Positions 1 to 9,122 of a stretch of DNA of 64,000 nt are shown one piece after another. Position 1 is the stretch's first letter. The number at the start of each line of letters is the position of its first letter. Under the pieces are notes generated by a model that worked only from the letters and a program-made list of their open reading frames with translations, was not told where the DNA came from and searched no databases. The DNA lies in NCBI GenBank assembly GCA_964635055.1, contig CAZWMT010000015.1, positions 36,632 through 100,631 of the forward strand, written 5' to 3'. The stretch is from an uncultured Microthrixaceae bacterium (GTDB taxonomy: Bacteria > Actinomycetota > Acidimicrobiia > Acidimicrobiales > DATDAH01). The position numbers and the translations under genes were made by a program.

Positions 1-26
1 CGGCCACGGGACCGATCCCTCCTGAG

Positions 27-1199
27 ATGACCGACCCGACCCGGTTCCCGCGTGGCGAGGTGGCCATCGTCGGCATCGGGTGCACTGAGTTCTCCAAGGA
101 CTCGGGGGTGGGGGTGTTCACCCTTGCCGCCGAGGCGGTGACCGCCGCCGTGGCCGACGCCGGCCTGTCCGTCGACGACGTGGACGGCCTCTGCACCTAC
201 GGCGTGAACGACTCGATCCCGCCCAACGTCCTGGCCCAGTCGCTCGGCATCCAGAGCCTGAGCTTCTACGTCGACCAGTTCTACGGCGGCAGCGTCTCGC
301 TCACGATGCTGGGGCAGGCCACGCTGGCGCTGGCCGCCGGCGTCGCCGACTGCGTCGTCGTGTACCGCGCCCTCAACGGCCGCTCGGGCGCCCGGCTGAA
401 CGGCTCGGGCGGCGGCGGCCGCCTGCCGTGGGACATGCAGTTCAAGGTCTCCGCCGGCCTCCTGGCCCCGTCCCAGGAGATCGCCCTCGCGGCCAAGGCG
501 CACATGTTGAAGTTCGGCACCACCAGCGAGGACTTCGGTCGCATCGCAGTGCTCAGCCGTACCAACGCCCTGGACAACGACCGGGCCATGATGCGCAAGC
601 CGATGACCCTCGAGGACCACCAGGCCAGCCGCTGGATCGTGGAGCCGTTCCACATGTTCGACTGCTGCCTCGAGACCGACGGTGCCGTCGCGGTCGTGCT
701 CACCCGGGCTGACCGGGCGAAGGCCCTGCCGCACCGCCCGGTGCTGGTGCAGGGCGCCGCATGGGGCGGCGGCATCACCGTGGTCAACAACGGCCATGAC
801 GACATCACTCGCTCACCGGCCGAGCCCATCGCCGAGCGGGTCTACGCGACGGCCGGGCTCAGGCCGACGGACATCGACTTCGCCGAGTTGTACGACTGCT
901 TCACCTACAACGTGCTCTCGCAGATCGAGGGGTACGGCTTCGCCGAGCCGGGCGGCGTGCCCGGCATGCTCGCCGACGGCGCCTTCGACCGTGCCGGGGG
1001 GTCGTTGCCCCTGAACACCCACGGAGGGCTGCTGTCGGAGGGCTACATCCACGGCATGAACCACGTGTACGAGGCGGTGGAGCAGATCCGGGGCGACGCG
1101 GGGTCGCGTCAGGTCGAGCGCCACGACACGGCGTTGGTCACGGGCCAGCTCGGGTACGTCAGCGGGTACTCCTCGGCTGCGGTCCTGGTGGGGGCGTGA
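27..1199 (+). CDS. Thiolase-like protein, SCP-x / lipid-transfer (Ltp) type
   Basis: 390 aa ORF. The C-terminal NTHGGLLSEGYIHGMNHVYEAVEQIRGDAG is typical of non-condensing SCP-x type thiolases. It is followed by an overlapping DUF35 partner gene. Confidence 0.85.
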   Translation: MTDPTRFPRGEVAIVGIGCTEFSKDSGVGVFTLAAEAVTAAVADAGLSVDDVDGLCTYGVNDSIPPNVLAQSLGIQSLSFYVDQFYGGSVSLTMLGQATLALAAGVADCVVVYRALNGRSGARLNGSGGGGRLPWDMQFKVSAGLLAPSQEIALAAKAHMLKFGTTSEDFGRIAVLSRTNALDNDRAMMRKPMTLEDHQASRWIVEPFHMFDCCLETDGAVAVVLTRADRAKALPHRPVLVQGAAWGGGITVVNNGHDDITRSPAEPIAERVYATAGLRPTDIDFAELYDCFTYNVLSQIEGYGFAEPGGVPGMLADGAFDRAGGSLPLNTHGGLLSEGYIHGMNHVYEAVEQIRGDAGSRQVERHDTALVTGQLGYVSGYSSAAVLVGA

Positions 1200-1642
1200 T
1201 GGCGGGCCCGCTGGAGGTCGGGATGCGCACGGTCCCTGTCCCGGACCGCGACTCGGCTCCGTACTGGGCGGCGCTCGCCGATGGCCGGTTCACGATCCAG
1301 CACTGCACGGACTGCGGGCACTGGACCTGGCCGGCCCGTCCACTCTGCTCCGGCTGTCACGGCGGGAACCTCCAGTGGGAGGACTCGGCGGGGACGGGAA
1401 CGGTCTACAGCTGGGTGGTCACGCACCAGGCCTATGCGCCCGAGCTGGTCGACCTGGTGCCGTACACGATCGCCCTGGTGCGCCTCGACGAGCAGGACGA
1501 CGTCCTCGTCCCCGGTCGGCTGGTCTCCGACGGCGCGGTCCACCAGGGCCTGCGGGTGCGGGCGCAGCCCGAGCGGATCAACGACGATGTCGGCGTGCTC
1601 CTCTGGGCGGTCGACGAGCAAGGGGAGGGGGCGCGCTCGTGA
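1196..1642 (+). CDS. DUF35 OB-fold / zinc-ribbon protein (thiolase partner)
   Basis: Zn-ribbon CTDCGHWTWPARPLCSGCHG followed by an OB-fold-like region. The start (GTG 1196 or ATG 1199) overlaps the stop of the thiolase gene. Confidence 0.85.
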   Translation: MMAGPLEVGMRTVPVPDRDSAPYWAALADGRFTIQHCTDCGHWTWPARPLCSGCHGGNLQWEDSAGTGTVYSWVVTHQAYAPELVDLVPYTIALVRLDEQDDVLVPGRLVSDGAVHQGLRVRAQPERINDDVGVLLWAVDEQGEGARS

Positions 1643-2511
1643 AGCCGTCTGCGTTCGATTACCACGCACCGGAGACGGTCGACGAGGCCGTCACCGTGCT
1701 GTCCGAGCTGGGGGACGGGGCGAAGGTGCTGGCCGGCGGCCAGAGCCTCGTGCCGATGCTCTCGCTGCGGCTCACCTACTTCGACCACCTGGTCGACATC
1801 GGGGGCATCGCAGAGCTTCGAGGGCTGCGCCACGAGCCCGGTGCAGTGGTGATCGGGGCCACGACGGTGGATGCCGCCCTCGAACGGGACGCCGACCTCG
1901 CCGCCCAAGTGCCACTACTGGCCCGGGTCACTCCGCTGATCGGGCACTTCCAGATCCGCAACCGGGGCACGGTGGGAGGGTCCATCGCCCACGCCGACCC
2001 GGCGGCGGAGTACCCGGCCGTCGCACTGGCGCTCGACGCGGAGATGGAGGTCGCCTCCCCACGAGGGCGCCGCCAGATCCCGGCACGTGAGTTCTTCGAC
2101 AGCTTCTGGACCACGGCCATGGAGTCCGACGAGCTCCTCGTGTCCGTCCGCTTCCCGGAGTGGACCGGTCGCTGCGGCTTCGCCGTCCGGGAGTTCGCCC
2201 GCCGCTTCGGCGACTTCGCCATCGCCGGCGCGGTCGTCGCGGTGCAGGTGGATGCGGACGACCGGGTGTCGCGGTGTGCCATCGGGCTCCTCGGGCTGGG
2301 GCCCACGCCCCTGCGGGCTGGCGCCGCCGAGGTGGCGGCGCTGGGCCAGGGCCCCGACGTCGACGCCGACGAGCTGGGACGGTTGGCCATGTCCGAGCTC
2401 ACCGACGTGCCGGCCGACGTCCACGGCTCGGCCGCGTACCGTTCCCGGGTCGGAGCCGCCATGGTCAGTCGGGCCTGGCGCGAGGCCATCAGCGAGGCGA
2501 CCCGTGCCTGA
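1639..2511 (+). CDS. FAD-binding subunit of a molybdopterin (xanthine/CO) dehydrogenase family enzyme, CoxM/CutM-like
   Basis: Inner GTG start at 1639 forms a GTGA overlap with the upstream stop. The N-terminus VKPSAFDYHAPETVDEAVTVL...AGGQSLVPMLSLRL is the classic medium-subunit signature. The upstream part of the listed ORF (1375-1638) is the wrong frame of the DUF35 gene. Confidence 0.8.
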   Translation: MKPSAFDYHAPETVDEAVTVLSELGDGAKVLAGGQSLVPMLSLRLTYFDHLVDIGGIAELRGLRHEPGAVVIGATTVDAALERDADLAAQVPLLARVTPLIGHFQIRNRGTVGGSIAHADPAAEYPAVALALDAEMEVASPRGRRQIPAREFFDSFWTTAMESDELLVSVRFPEWTGRCGFAVREFARRFGDFAIAGAVVAVQVDADDRVSRCAIGLLGLGPTPLRAGAAEVAALGQGPDVDADELGRLAMSELTDVPADVHGSAAYRSRVGAAMVSRAWREAISEATRA

Positions 2512-2518
2512 CTACGAG

Positions 2519-2683
2519 ATGCACTACGTCCTGCACTGCCCCTGCGGGACCACCCTCAGGGGCGACACCGAGGACGACATCGTCGACGTGTCCGTCGCCC
2601 ACCTTGCCGAGAAGCACCCGGACATGGCCGACGCCTACGAGCGCGACCACATCCTCTTCATGGCCATCAAGGTCCGCAAGTAG
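2519..2683 (+). CDS. Small (54 aa) Cys/His protein, DUF1059-like
   Basis: MHYVLHCPCGTTLRGDTEDDIVDVSVAHLAEKHPDM... begins 8 nt after the CoxM-like stop. Only the tail of ORF 2087..2683 looks protein-like. The family assignment is from memory of the motif only. Confidence 0.4.
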   Translation: MHYVLHCPCGTTLRGDTEDDIVDVSVAHLAEKHPDMADAYERDHILFMAIKVRK

Positions 2684-2701
2684 CCGCGTCGCCGGCGGCG
2701 C

Positions 2702-3583
2702 TCAACCGGCGTTGGCGAAGGTGGGGCGCTTCGGGGTGGCGCTGCGGGGTGGGATCGGTGCGTAGACCTTGCGCAGGGTGCGCACCGGGCCCTCCAGGGT
2801 GACGTTGCGGCGGGCGTGCTGGATGGCGATGTTGTCCCACGCCACCAGGTCGTGGTTGCGCCAGTCGTGCTCGTACACGACCTCCTCGCGGTAGAGGTGG
2901 CGGAACAGCTCGTCGAGGAGCTGCTCGCTCTCCTCGGAGGAGAGGCCTTCGATGCCCTGGGTCATCTGCTGCGAGACGTACAGCAGCTCCTGGCCGGTGC
3001 GCGGATGGCGGTAGTCCACCGGCGTCGTCCGGGTGGGGAGGTTGTCGAAGGTGGTGATCAGCACGTCGGGGTCGTTGCCGCCGCGGGCGCCCTCGTGCTC
3101 GGCGTGGCCCTGGATGGCGATCAGTGGTTCGGCCTTGGCCCGCAGATCGTCGGGCAGGGTCTCCCAGCCGTACACCGCGCTCGTGAAGAGCGTGGGTGCG
3201 ACCGGCGGCTCGACCTCCACGCCGTAGAGCGACAGCACCTGGAAGGTGTGCTCGGACCACATCATGTCGGAGTGGAAGAGGAGGCGGCCGAAGGGCGCTC
3301 CGCCTTCGGGCTCCTTGTTCGACACGTAGAAGGCTGCGCCGTTCGGCCGCCCGGTAGGGCTCTCGTCCGCGGGGAGCGGGCCGAGGCCGATGAGGCGTCG
3401 GATCAGGTCGCACTGCGTGCGCTCGTCGATGTCGACGTCGCGGAACACGAGCACGCCGCGGCGGTCGAAGAGCGACCGGAGCTCGTCGCACAGCTCGGCA
3501 TCGGCGAGGACGGTCGAGCCGTCGAGGCCGATGATCTCCGAGCCGAATGCGGGAGTGAGGTCGCGGATCTGCAGATCTGTCAT
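2702..3583 (-). CDS. TauD/TfdA family Fe(II)/2-oxoglutarate dioxygenase (paralog 1)
   Basis: Start MTDLQIRDLTPAFGSEIIGLD with a GGAGG RBS. HxD motif in LLFHSDMMWSE and distal His in WDNIAIQHAR. Confidence 0.85.
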   Translation of the reverse strand: MTDLQIRDLTPAFGSEIIGLDGSTVLADAELCDELRSLFDRRGVLVFRDVDIDERTQCDLIRRLIGLGPLPADESPTGRPNGAAFYVSNKEPEGGAPFGRLLFHSDMMWSEHTFQVLSLYGVEVEPPVAPTLFTSAVYGWETLPDDLRAKAEPLIAIQGHAEHEGARGGNDPDVLITTFDNLPTRTTPVDYRHPRTGQELLYVSQQMTQGIEGLSSEESEQLLDELFRHLYREEVVYEHDWRNHDLVAWDNIAIQHARRNVTLEGPVRTLRKVYAPIPPRSATPKRPTFANAG

Positions 3584-3632
3584 CACATGCCTCCGTGAGG
3601 TGGGGCGTCCTTCCACGATCGTACAGCAAAGG

Positions 3633-3648
3633 TGACAGTGAGGTGTCA
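3633..3648. promoter_or_regulatory. Candidate operator, palindrome family TGACAGT-NN-ACTGTCA (site 1)
   Basis: TGACAGTGAGGTGTCA lies in the divergent gap between TauD (start 3583, minus strand) and the cupin gene (start 3686, plus strand). Confidence 0.6.
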
Positions 3649-3685
3649 GAATCTTGGGCACGTCGAGGAATCGGAGTGTGATGCC

Positions 3686-4153
3686 ATGCGCAGGTTGTTG
3701 ACCGGGGTCGACGCCAGCGGCCGATCATGCCTCGTCGAAGTCGCCGAGGTCGTGCCCACGCCGCCGTCCGAGGGGGGCCACGGGGTGAACGTGGCACGGG
3801 TGCACGCCACCACACAGAGCCCGCCCCCGCCCCGCCCTCCCGGACTCGGCGATGCCGTCGACGTCCGCCTGACACCGGGAACCCTGCGCTGGATGGTGGT
3901 CGAGCACCCGCCGTACGACCCGGCCGGCCCGCCGTCGACGTCGACCGAGATCCACCACGCCGACGCCCTCCACCTGGTGTTCGTGCACGAAGGGGGCGGC
4001 AACCTGCTCCTCCAGGACGGCGCCCACACCGTGTCCGCCGGCGATCTCATCGTGATGCCAGGGGTCGATCACGCCATGCGGGGCGGCCCGGAGGGCTGCC
4101 GCCTGGTCGTGGTCAGCGTCGGGACGCCGCCGCCTCAGGAAAGCGTGCCCTGA
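3686..4153 (+). CDS. Cupin-domain protein
   Basis: MRRLLTGVDASG... with a cupin-like core: HHADALHLVFVHEGGGNLLLQDGAHTVSAGDLIVMPGVDHAM. Inner ATG chosen because the listed start overlaps the operator. Confidence 0.6.
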   Translation: MRRLLTGVDASGRSCLVEVAEVVPTPPSEGGHGVNVARVHATTQSPPPPRPPGLGDAVDVRLTPGTLRWMVVEHPPYDPAGPPSTSTEIHHADALHLVFVHEGGGNLLLQDGAHTVSAGDLIVMPGVDHAMRGGPEGCRLVVVSVGTPPPQESVP

Positions 4154-6639
4154 GTGCAGGCGTCGGTCGCCGGAGCGGCGACGACGCCGGACTCGATCAG
4201 GTCTTCGATCTCGGCCTCGTCGAACCCGAGCTCGGTCAAGAGGGCACGGCTGTGCTCGCCGTGCTCGCAGAAGGCCGGGGCCCGGCTGGGCGTGTCCGAG
4301 AACGCCAGCACCGGCGCGTAGCGGCGGTAGCGGTCGCCGATGCTCGGGTGCGAGGCGGTCGTGGTCATGGCGATGGCCTTGGCCTGCTCGTCCTCGTAGA
4401 GGAAGGCGTAGTGCGACATGGCGTCGGCCACCACGCAGCCGACGCCGGCGGCGAGCATGTCGGTCTCCCACTGGTGCGCCGTGCGGCCGAGGAAGACCGG
4501 GATCAGGGTCGCCTCGAGCTCGCCGCGGTGCTGGGCGCGGGCGGCGGCAGAGGCGAAGCGGGGGTCGGCGGCGAGGTCGTCCCGGCCGGCGACCCGACAG
4601 AGGGTGGCGAACGACTCGTCGTCCTCGGCGGCGAGCATCACCCAGTGGGGATCGGGGTTCTCGAATGGCGGCCTCGCCACGCCGGCATCCGATGCGCACT
4701 CGTAGAGGCGGTGGGTGGCGCCGGTGCCGAACTGGCGTGGGTCGACCGGCGGTCGCGGTGGCTTGCCCTCGTAGGAGAAGGCGTCGTCGTAGTTGAGGAG
4801 GATGTTGGAGACGATCATCGCCGACTCGACGTCCTGCGCCTCGCCCGTGCGGTGGCGGGCGAAGAGGCCGAGCATCATCGCCGCGGCGTGCCCGGCGGCG
4901 GCGGTGGGGTCGGCGCCGCTCTCGCGCAGCGGCGGGTTGCCCTCACCGGTCTGGTAGGCGGTCGTGCCAGCGAAGGCGGCGATGACCGGGTCGATGGCGG
5001 GCTGCTTGGCGTACGGACCGGCCGACCCGTACGAGGCGGCGTAGTGGTAGACGAGCCCCGGGTTGACCGCCCGCAGCGTCTCGACGTCGATGCCCAGTGC
5101 CTCGGGGACCTTCCCCCGGAAGCTGTGGACGAACAGGTCGGCCTCGGCCACGAGCCGGTGCAGGATGGCCCGGCCCTCCGCGCTCTTCAGATCGAGCGCG
5201 ATCGACTCCTTGCCCGCCATCGCCCGCACCATGTTGTTGTGGCCGAGGGCGTTGACCGGGTCGCCGCCGCCGCGACCGAGGAGGCGGTAGGGGTCGCCGC
5301 GGACGGGCTCGATCTTGATGACCCGAGCGCCGAGCTCGGCGAGCAGCGCCGTGGCGAACGGGGTGGCGTAGTAGTAGGCCGCCTCGACGATGGTGATGCC
5401 GTCGAGCGGCCCGGCCAGCCGGTCGAGGGTCGGCGCCGGCACCGTGATGGGGGTGACCTCGGCGGCGAGCACATCGGCGGTGTCGGCGCCGGGGTCGGGT
5501 GCCGGCCGACGCACCTCGGCCGGTGCCGTGGGGATCTTGGCCAGTGGGCCGATCTGGAGCATCGGGCCGACCCGCGGGTCGTCGAGCTCCACGACCAGGT
5601 CGGTCGCCACCACCTGCGGGTGCCGGAGCGCGTCCTGGGTGGTCTGGATGACGTCGGCGCACACGTTGCCGTTGGCCAGGTAGACCTCGATCCACTCCTC
5701 CGAGGTCTTCTCCTTCATGAGTGCCTGCAGCCGGGTCACCAGCTCGACCTTGGCGTCGTCATCGGGGAACCTCCACGGCGCGCCCTTGAACCGCTCGTCC
5801 TCCCAGATCCAGGAGAAGCCGATGGCCTCGATCCAGGCGGGGAAGAAGTGTGGCTCGGACAGCGAGTGCATGATCCAGCGCCCGTCCTTGCACTCGACGA
5901 GCATCCCCGTGAGGGTGACCTCCCGCGGGTCGCGATGGTGGGCCAGCGGGTTGATGGCGTCGGGCACCGTCTCGGTGGAGGCGGCCCGGTCGACCGGCAG
6001 CTCCTCGCCCTCGCGCCGCAGGTAGCGCACCTGCGGGTTCTGGCGACAAGAGATGGCGATCAGCATGTTGGTGTCGACGTGTTGGCCCCGGCCGGTCAGG
6101 TCGCGGGCCCGCAGGGCGGCGAGGATGCCCTGGGCGGCGAGCATGCCGGCGAAGTAGGAGCCGTCCGGGCAAGACCGGTAGATCGGGCGCTTGCCGTCGC
6201 GCTCCCAGCCGGGCTGGTCGCGGAAGATGCCGGCCTTGGCCATGACCAGGGCGTCGTCGGCCACGACGTCGGCGAACGGCCCCGTCGGCCCGAAGCCGGT
6301 GATGGAGCAGGTCACGAGCGCCGGGTTGACGGCGGCCAGCTCCTCGTGGCCGGCTCCCGCCGCCTGGGCCCGCCCCGGGCCCCAGTCCTCGACGAGCACG
6401 TCGAACCCCGGCACCAGGCGGTGGAGCTCGGCTCGGCCGCCCGCGGTCTCGAGGTCGAGCACGATGCTGCGCTTCCCGCGATCGAGCAGCAGGTGGGCGG
6501 CGATCGGGGAGTGGCCGTCGCCCGCGGGCTCGAAGCGGACGACGTCGGCGCCGAAGTCGGCGAGCACCAGCGTCGCCAGCGAGCCGGCGGCGCCGCGGCT
6601 GCCGTCGAGCACTCGTATCCCTGCACACGCACCCGGCAC
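4135..6639 (-). CDS. Tandem two-domain family III (CaiB/BaiF) CoA-transferase
   Basis: 834 aa. There are two N-terminal-type signatures: IRVLDGSRGAAGSLATLVLADFGADVVRFEP and ITIVEAAYYYATPFATALLAELGARVIKIEP. Each half is about 400 aa. Confidence 0.85.
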   Translation of the reverse strand: MPGACAGIRVLDGSRGAAGSLATLVLADFGADVVRFEPAGDGHSPIAAHLLLDRGKRSIVLDLETAGGRAELHRLVPGFDVLVEDWGPGRAQAAGAGHEELAAVNPALVTCSITGFGPTGPFADVVADDALVMAKAGIFRDQPGWERDGKRPIYRSCPDGSYFAGMLAAQGILAALRARDLTGRGQHVDTNMLIAISCRQNPQVRYLRREGEELPVDRAASTETVPDAINPLAHHRDPREVTLTGMLVECKDGRWIMHSLSEPHFFPAWIEAIGFSWIWEDERFKGAPWRFPDDDAKVELVTRLQALMKEKTSEEWIEVYLANGNVCADVIQTTQDALRHPQVVATDLVVELDDPRVGPMLQIGPLAKIPTAPAEVRRPAPDPGADTADVLAAEVTPITVPAPTLDRLAGPLDGITIVEAAYYYATPFATALLAELGARVIKIEPVRGDPYRLLGRGGGDPVNALGHNNMVRAMAGKESIALDLKSAEGRAILHRLVAEADLFVHSFRGKVPEALGIDVETLRAVNPGLVYHYAASYGSAGPYAKQPAIDPVIAAFAGTTAYQTGEGNPPLRESGADPTAAAGHAAAMMLGLFARHRTGEAQDVESAMIVSNILLNYDDAFSYEGKPPRPPVDPRQFGTGATHRLYECASDAGVARPPFENPDPHWVMLAAEDDESFATLCRVAGRDDLAADPRFASAAARAQHRGELEATLIPVFLGRTAHQWETDMLAAGVGCVVADAMSHYAFLYEDEQAKAIAMTTTASHPSIGDRYRRYAPVLAFSDTPSRAPAFCEHGEHSRALLTELGFDEAEIEDLIESGVVAAPATDACTQGTLS

Positions 6640-6713
6640 GACGTTCCCCCTGTGGCCGATCCGGCGGGCTCGCTGTCCCGACCGAACCCCATGTTAGACG
6701 CCCAATCAAGAAG

Positions 6714-6729
6714 TGACAGTCCGCTGACA
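6714..6729. promoter_or_regulatory. Candidate operator (site 2, degenerate)
   Basis: TGACAGTCCGCTGACA lies in the divergent gap between the CoA-transferase (start 6639, minus strand) and the ACAD gene (start 6744, plus strand). The right arm is imperfect. Confidence 0.45.
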
Positions 6730-6743
6730 CTATCATCGGCGAG

Positions 6744-7937
6744 GTGATCGAGCCGGGGGGAGAAATCGCCGACCTGCGGGGGGCGGTGCGCGCCTGGTGC
6801 GCGGACCACGTCCCCCCGGATTGGCGCCGGGACCTGCGTGGCGTGCCCCACGCGGACCTGGTCGAGTTCCTGCGCTGGTGGGCCACCCAGCTGCGTGACG
6901 GCGGCCTCCTCGCACCGCACTGGCCCAAGGACTGGGGTGGCGGCTACTCCGTCCCCGAGCAGGTGGTGATCGCCGAGGAGCTGGCCCGCGGGAACGTCCC
7001 CCGCAACGCGCTCTTCCACGTGGCCATCTTCAACGTGGCGCCGGCGTTGTTGGCGAGCGCGACGCCGGAGCAGCGTGATCGGTTCCTGCCGGGCATGTGG
7101 AACGGCGAGGTGTGGTGCCAGGGCTTCTCCGAGCCCAACGCCGGGTCCGACCTGGCCAGCCTCCAGACCCGGGCGGTGCGCGACGGCGACCACTACGTCG
7201 TCAGCGGCCAGAAGGTCTGGACCAGCTGGGCCAACGACGCCGACTGGTGCATGCTCCTCTGCCGCACCGACCCGGAGGCATCGAAGCATCGCGGCATCAG
7301 CTGCCTGATCGTCGACATGCACGCCCCAGGGGTCGAGGTGCGGCCCATCAAGCAGATCTGGGGGCCCGCGGACTTCAACGAGGTCTTCTTCGATGACGTG
7401 CTCGTGCCCGTCGACCACCTCCTGGGCCCGGAGAACGAGGGTTGGGGCGTCGCCCAAGGCACCTTGTCCGCCGAGCGGGCCGTCGCCATCCTCGAGGCCA
7501 CCGAGCGGCTCCGCTGCCACGGCATCGAGGCCGCCATCGCCGAGGCCACCGAGTGGCGCCTCGACGACGGGGGGGTGGCGATCGACGACACCCGGGTGCG
7601 TGAGCGGCTCGCCGCCCGCTACGCCGAGATCCAGGTCCTCCGCCACGTGCTCAACGGGATGATCGACGGCATCATCCGTGGCGAGGACGTCAGCGGCACG
7701 TCGTCCGTGATCAAGGTCTTCTACAGCGAGCTGCTGCAGGGGCTGATGCAGGAGGTCACCGACCTGCTGGGCGTGACGGGGCAGGTGGACGGCCCGGTGC
7801 TCGCCTGCTCGGGCTGGGAGACGGGCTTCTGGATGAACGACTACCTCCACTCGTTCGGTTGGCTCATCGGTGGCGGCACCAACGAGATCCAACGGAACCT
7901 GATCGGCGAGCGCATGCTCGGCCTTCCTCGCTCATGA
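6744..7937 (+). CDS. Acyl-CoA dehydrogenase
   Basis: 397 aa. WCQGFSEPNAGSDLASLQTRA, GQKVWTSWA and a C-terminal GGTNEIQRNLIGERMLGLP. Confidence 0.9.
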   Translation: MIEPGGEIADLRGAVRAWCADHVPPDWRRDLRGVPHADLVEFLRWWATQLRDGGLLAPHWPKDWGGGYSVPEQVVIAEELARGNVPRNALFHVAIFNVAPALLASATPEQRDRFLPGMWNGEVWCQGFSEPNAGSDLASLQTRAVRDGDHYVVSGQKVWTSWANDADWCMLLCRTDPEASKHRGISCLIVDMHAPGVEVRPIKQIWGPADFNEVFFDDVLVPVDHLLGPENEGWGVAQGTLSAERAVAILEATERLRCHGIEAAIAEATEWRLDDGGVAIDDTRVRERLAARYAEIQVLRHVLNGMIDGIIRGEDVSGTSSVIKVFYSELLQGLMQEVTDLLGVTGQVDGPVLACSGWETGFWMNDYLHSFGWLIGGGTNEIQRNLIGERMLGLPRS

Positions 7938-9076
7938 GCCTTTCCACCGACGAGCAGGGAGAGCTCCGCTCCACGGCTCGGCGCCTGCTCGAACAGCGGT
8001 CGTCGCCCGAGCAGGTCCGCGCGGCCATCGACGGGCCCGACGGCTACGACGAGGGCCTCTGGGACCAGATGGTGGCGCTGGGCTGGACGTCGATCCACCT
8101 CGACGAGTCGGTCGGCGGCGCCGGGTGCGGGTACACCGACCTGGCCGTCGTGCTGCACGAGCTCGGGCGCGCCATCACGCCGTCGCCCTTCGTGGCGAGC
8201 GCGGTGCTGGCCAGCGGGGCGCTCTCGCTCGCCGACAACGACGCGCTGGCGGCGGACGTCCTCGCATCCCTCGCCGCCGGCGAGTCGAGGGGCGCCGTGG
8301 CGATGGCCGGCCTCGGCGGGTCGTACCAACACGACCAGCTCACCACGCAGTGGCAACCGGACGCCGGCGGCGGTGTCCGCCTCGACGGCGCGTCGGGCTT
8401 CGTGGTCGAGGCCGACCTGGCGGACCTCCTCGTCGTCGTGGCCCGGGGTGCGGACGGCGCCAGCGCCGTGGCCGCCGTCGATCCCGCGGCGCCCGGGGTG
8501 GGAATCGACCGCCTCGAAACCGTCGACCGGACCCGCCGGCTGTTCACGGTGACCTTCGCCGACGTGGCCGTCGCCGCCGATCGCCTGCTGAGCGAGCCGG
8601 GCCCTGCGAGCGTTCGGCTGGCCGAGCGCGTGCTCGCACTGGGCGTCGTCGCGGCGGCCTGTGACGCCACGGGTGTCGCCGAGCGAGCACTGGAGCGCAC
8701 GGTCGAGTACGCCGAGGAGCGGACCCAGTTCGGCAAGCCGATCGGCTCCTTCCAGGCGGTCAAGCACCACTGCGCCAACATGGCCATCGCGGTCGAGGCC
8801 AGCCGCGCCGCGACCCGGTCGGTGGCCGAGGCCCTGGACGGGGATCCCGCCGATTGGGCGACCGCCGCCTCGATCACCGCCTCGTACGTCGGGCCGGCGT
8901 GCGCGCAGGCGTGCGCGCTGGCGCTGCTCGTCCACGGCGGCATCGGCTTCACGTGGGAGCAGGACTCCCACCTCTACCTGAAGCGCTCGAAGCTCGATGA
9001 GGTCCTGTTCGGCACACCGTCCTGGCACCGCCGCCGCCTCGCCAACGCCGTGTTCCCGACGCTGGTCGCGCCGTGA
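7934..9076 (+). CDS. Acyl-CoA dehydrogenase (second subunit-like partner)
   Basis: ATGA overlap with the upstream ACAD. MSLSTDEQGELRSTARRLLE...; FGKPIGSFQAVKHHCANM. The adjacent pair suggests a heteromeric ACAD. Confidence 0.85.
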   Translation: MSLSTDEQGELRSTARRLLEQRSSPEQVRAAIDGPDGYDEGLWDQMVALGWTSIHLDESVGGAGCGYTDLAVVLHELGRAITPSPFVASAVLASGALSLADNDALAADVLASLAAGESRGAVAMAGLGGSYQHDQLTTQWQPDAGGGVRLDGASGFVVEADLADLLVVVARGADGASAVAAVDPAAPGVGIDRLETVDRTRRLFTVTFADVAVAADRLLSEPGPASVRLAERVLALGVVAAACDATGVAERALERTVEYAEERTQFGKPIGSFQAVKHHCANMAIAVEASRAATRSVAEALDGDPADWATAASITASYVGPACAQACALALLVHGGIGFTWEQDSHLYLKRSKLDEVLFGTPSWHRRRLANAVFPTLVAP

Positions 9077-9122
9077 TCGCGCCGACCGCAGTCCTGACCG
9101 CACCACCCGATGGGGGAGACCG

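Noticed and set aside
3727-6747. A 1006-aa plus-strand ORF, and similar giants (30614..33664 minus, 1016 aa; 30545..33403; 33597..36416; 10726..12699; 45051..47489 upstream part).
   Set aside because: Their composition is extreme Arg/Pro/Gly/Ala with no recognisable motifs. They lie antisense or out of frame to genes with clear family signatures. This is the typical open-frame artefact of very high-GC DNA. Only the in-family portions were kept, with inner start codons.
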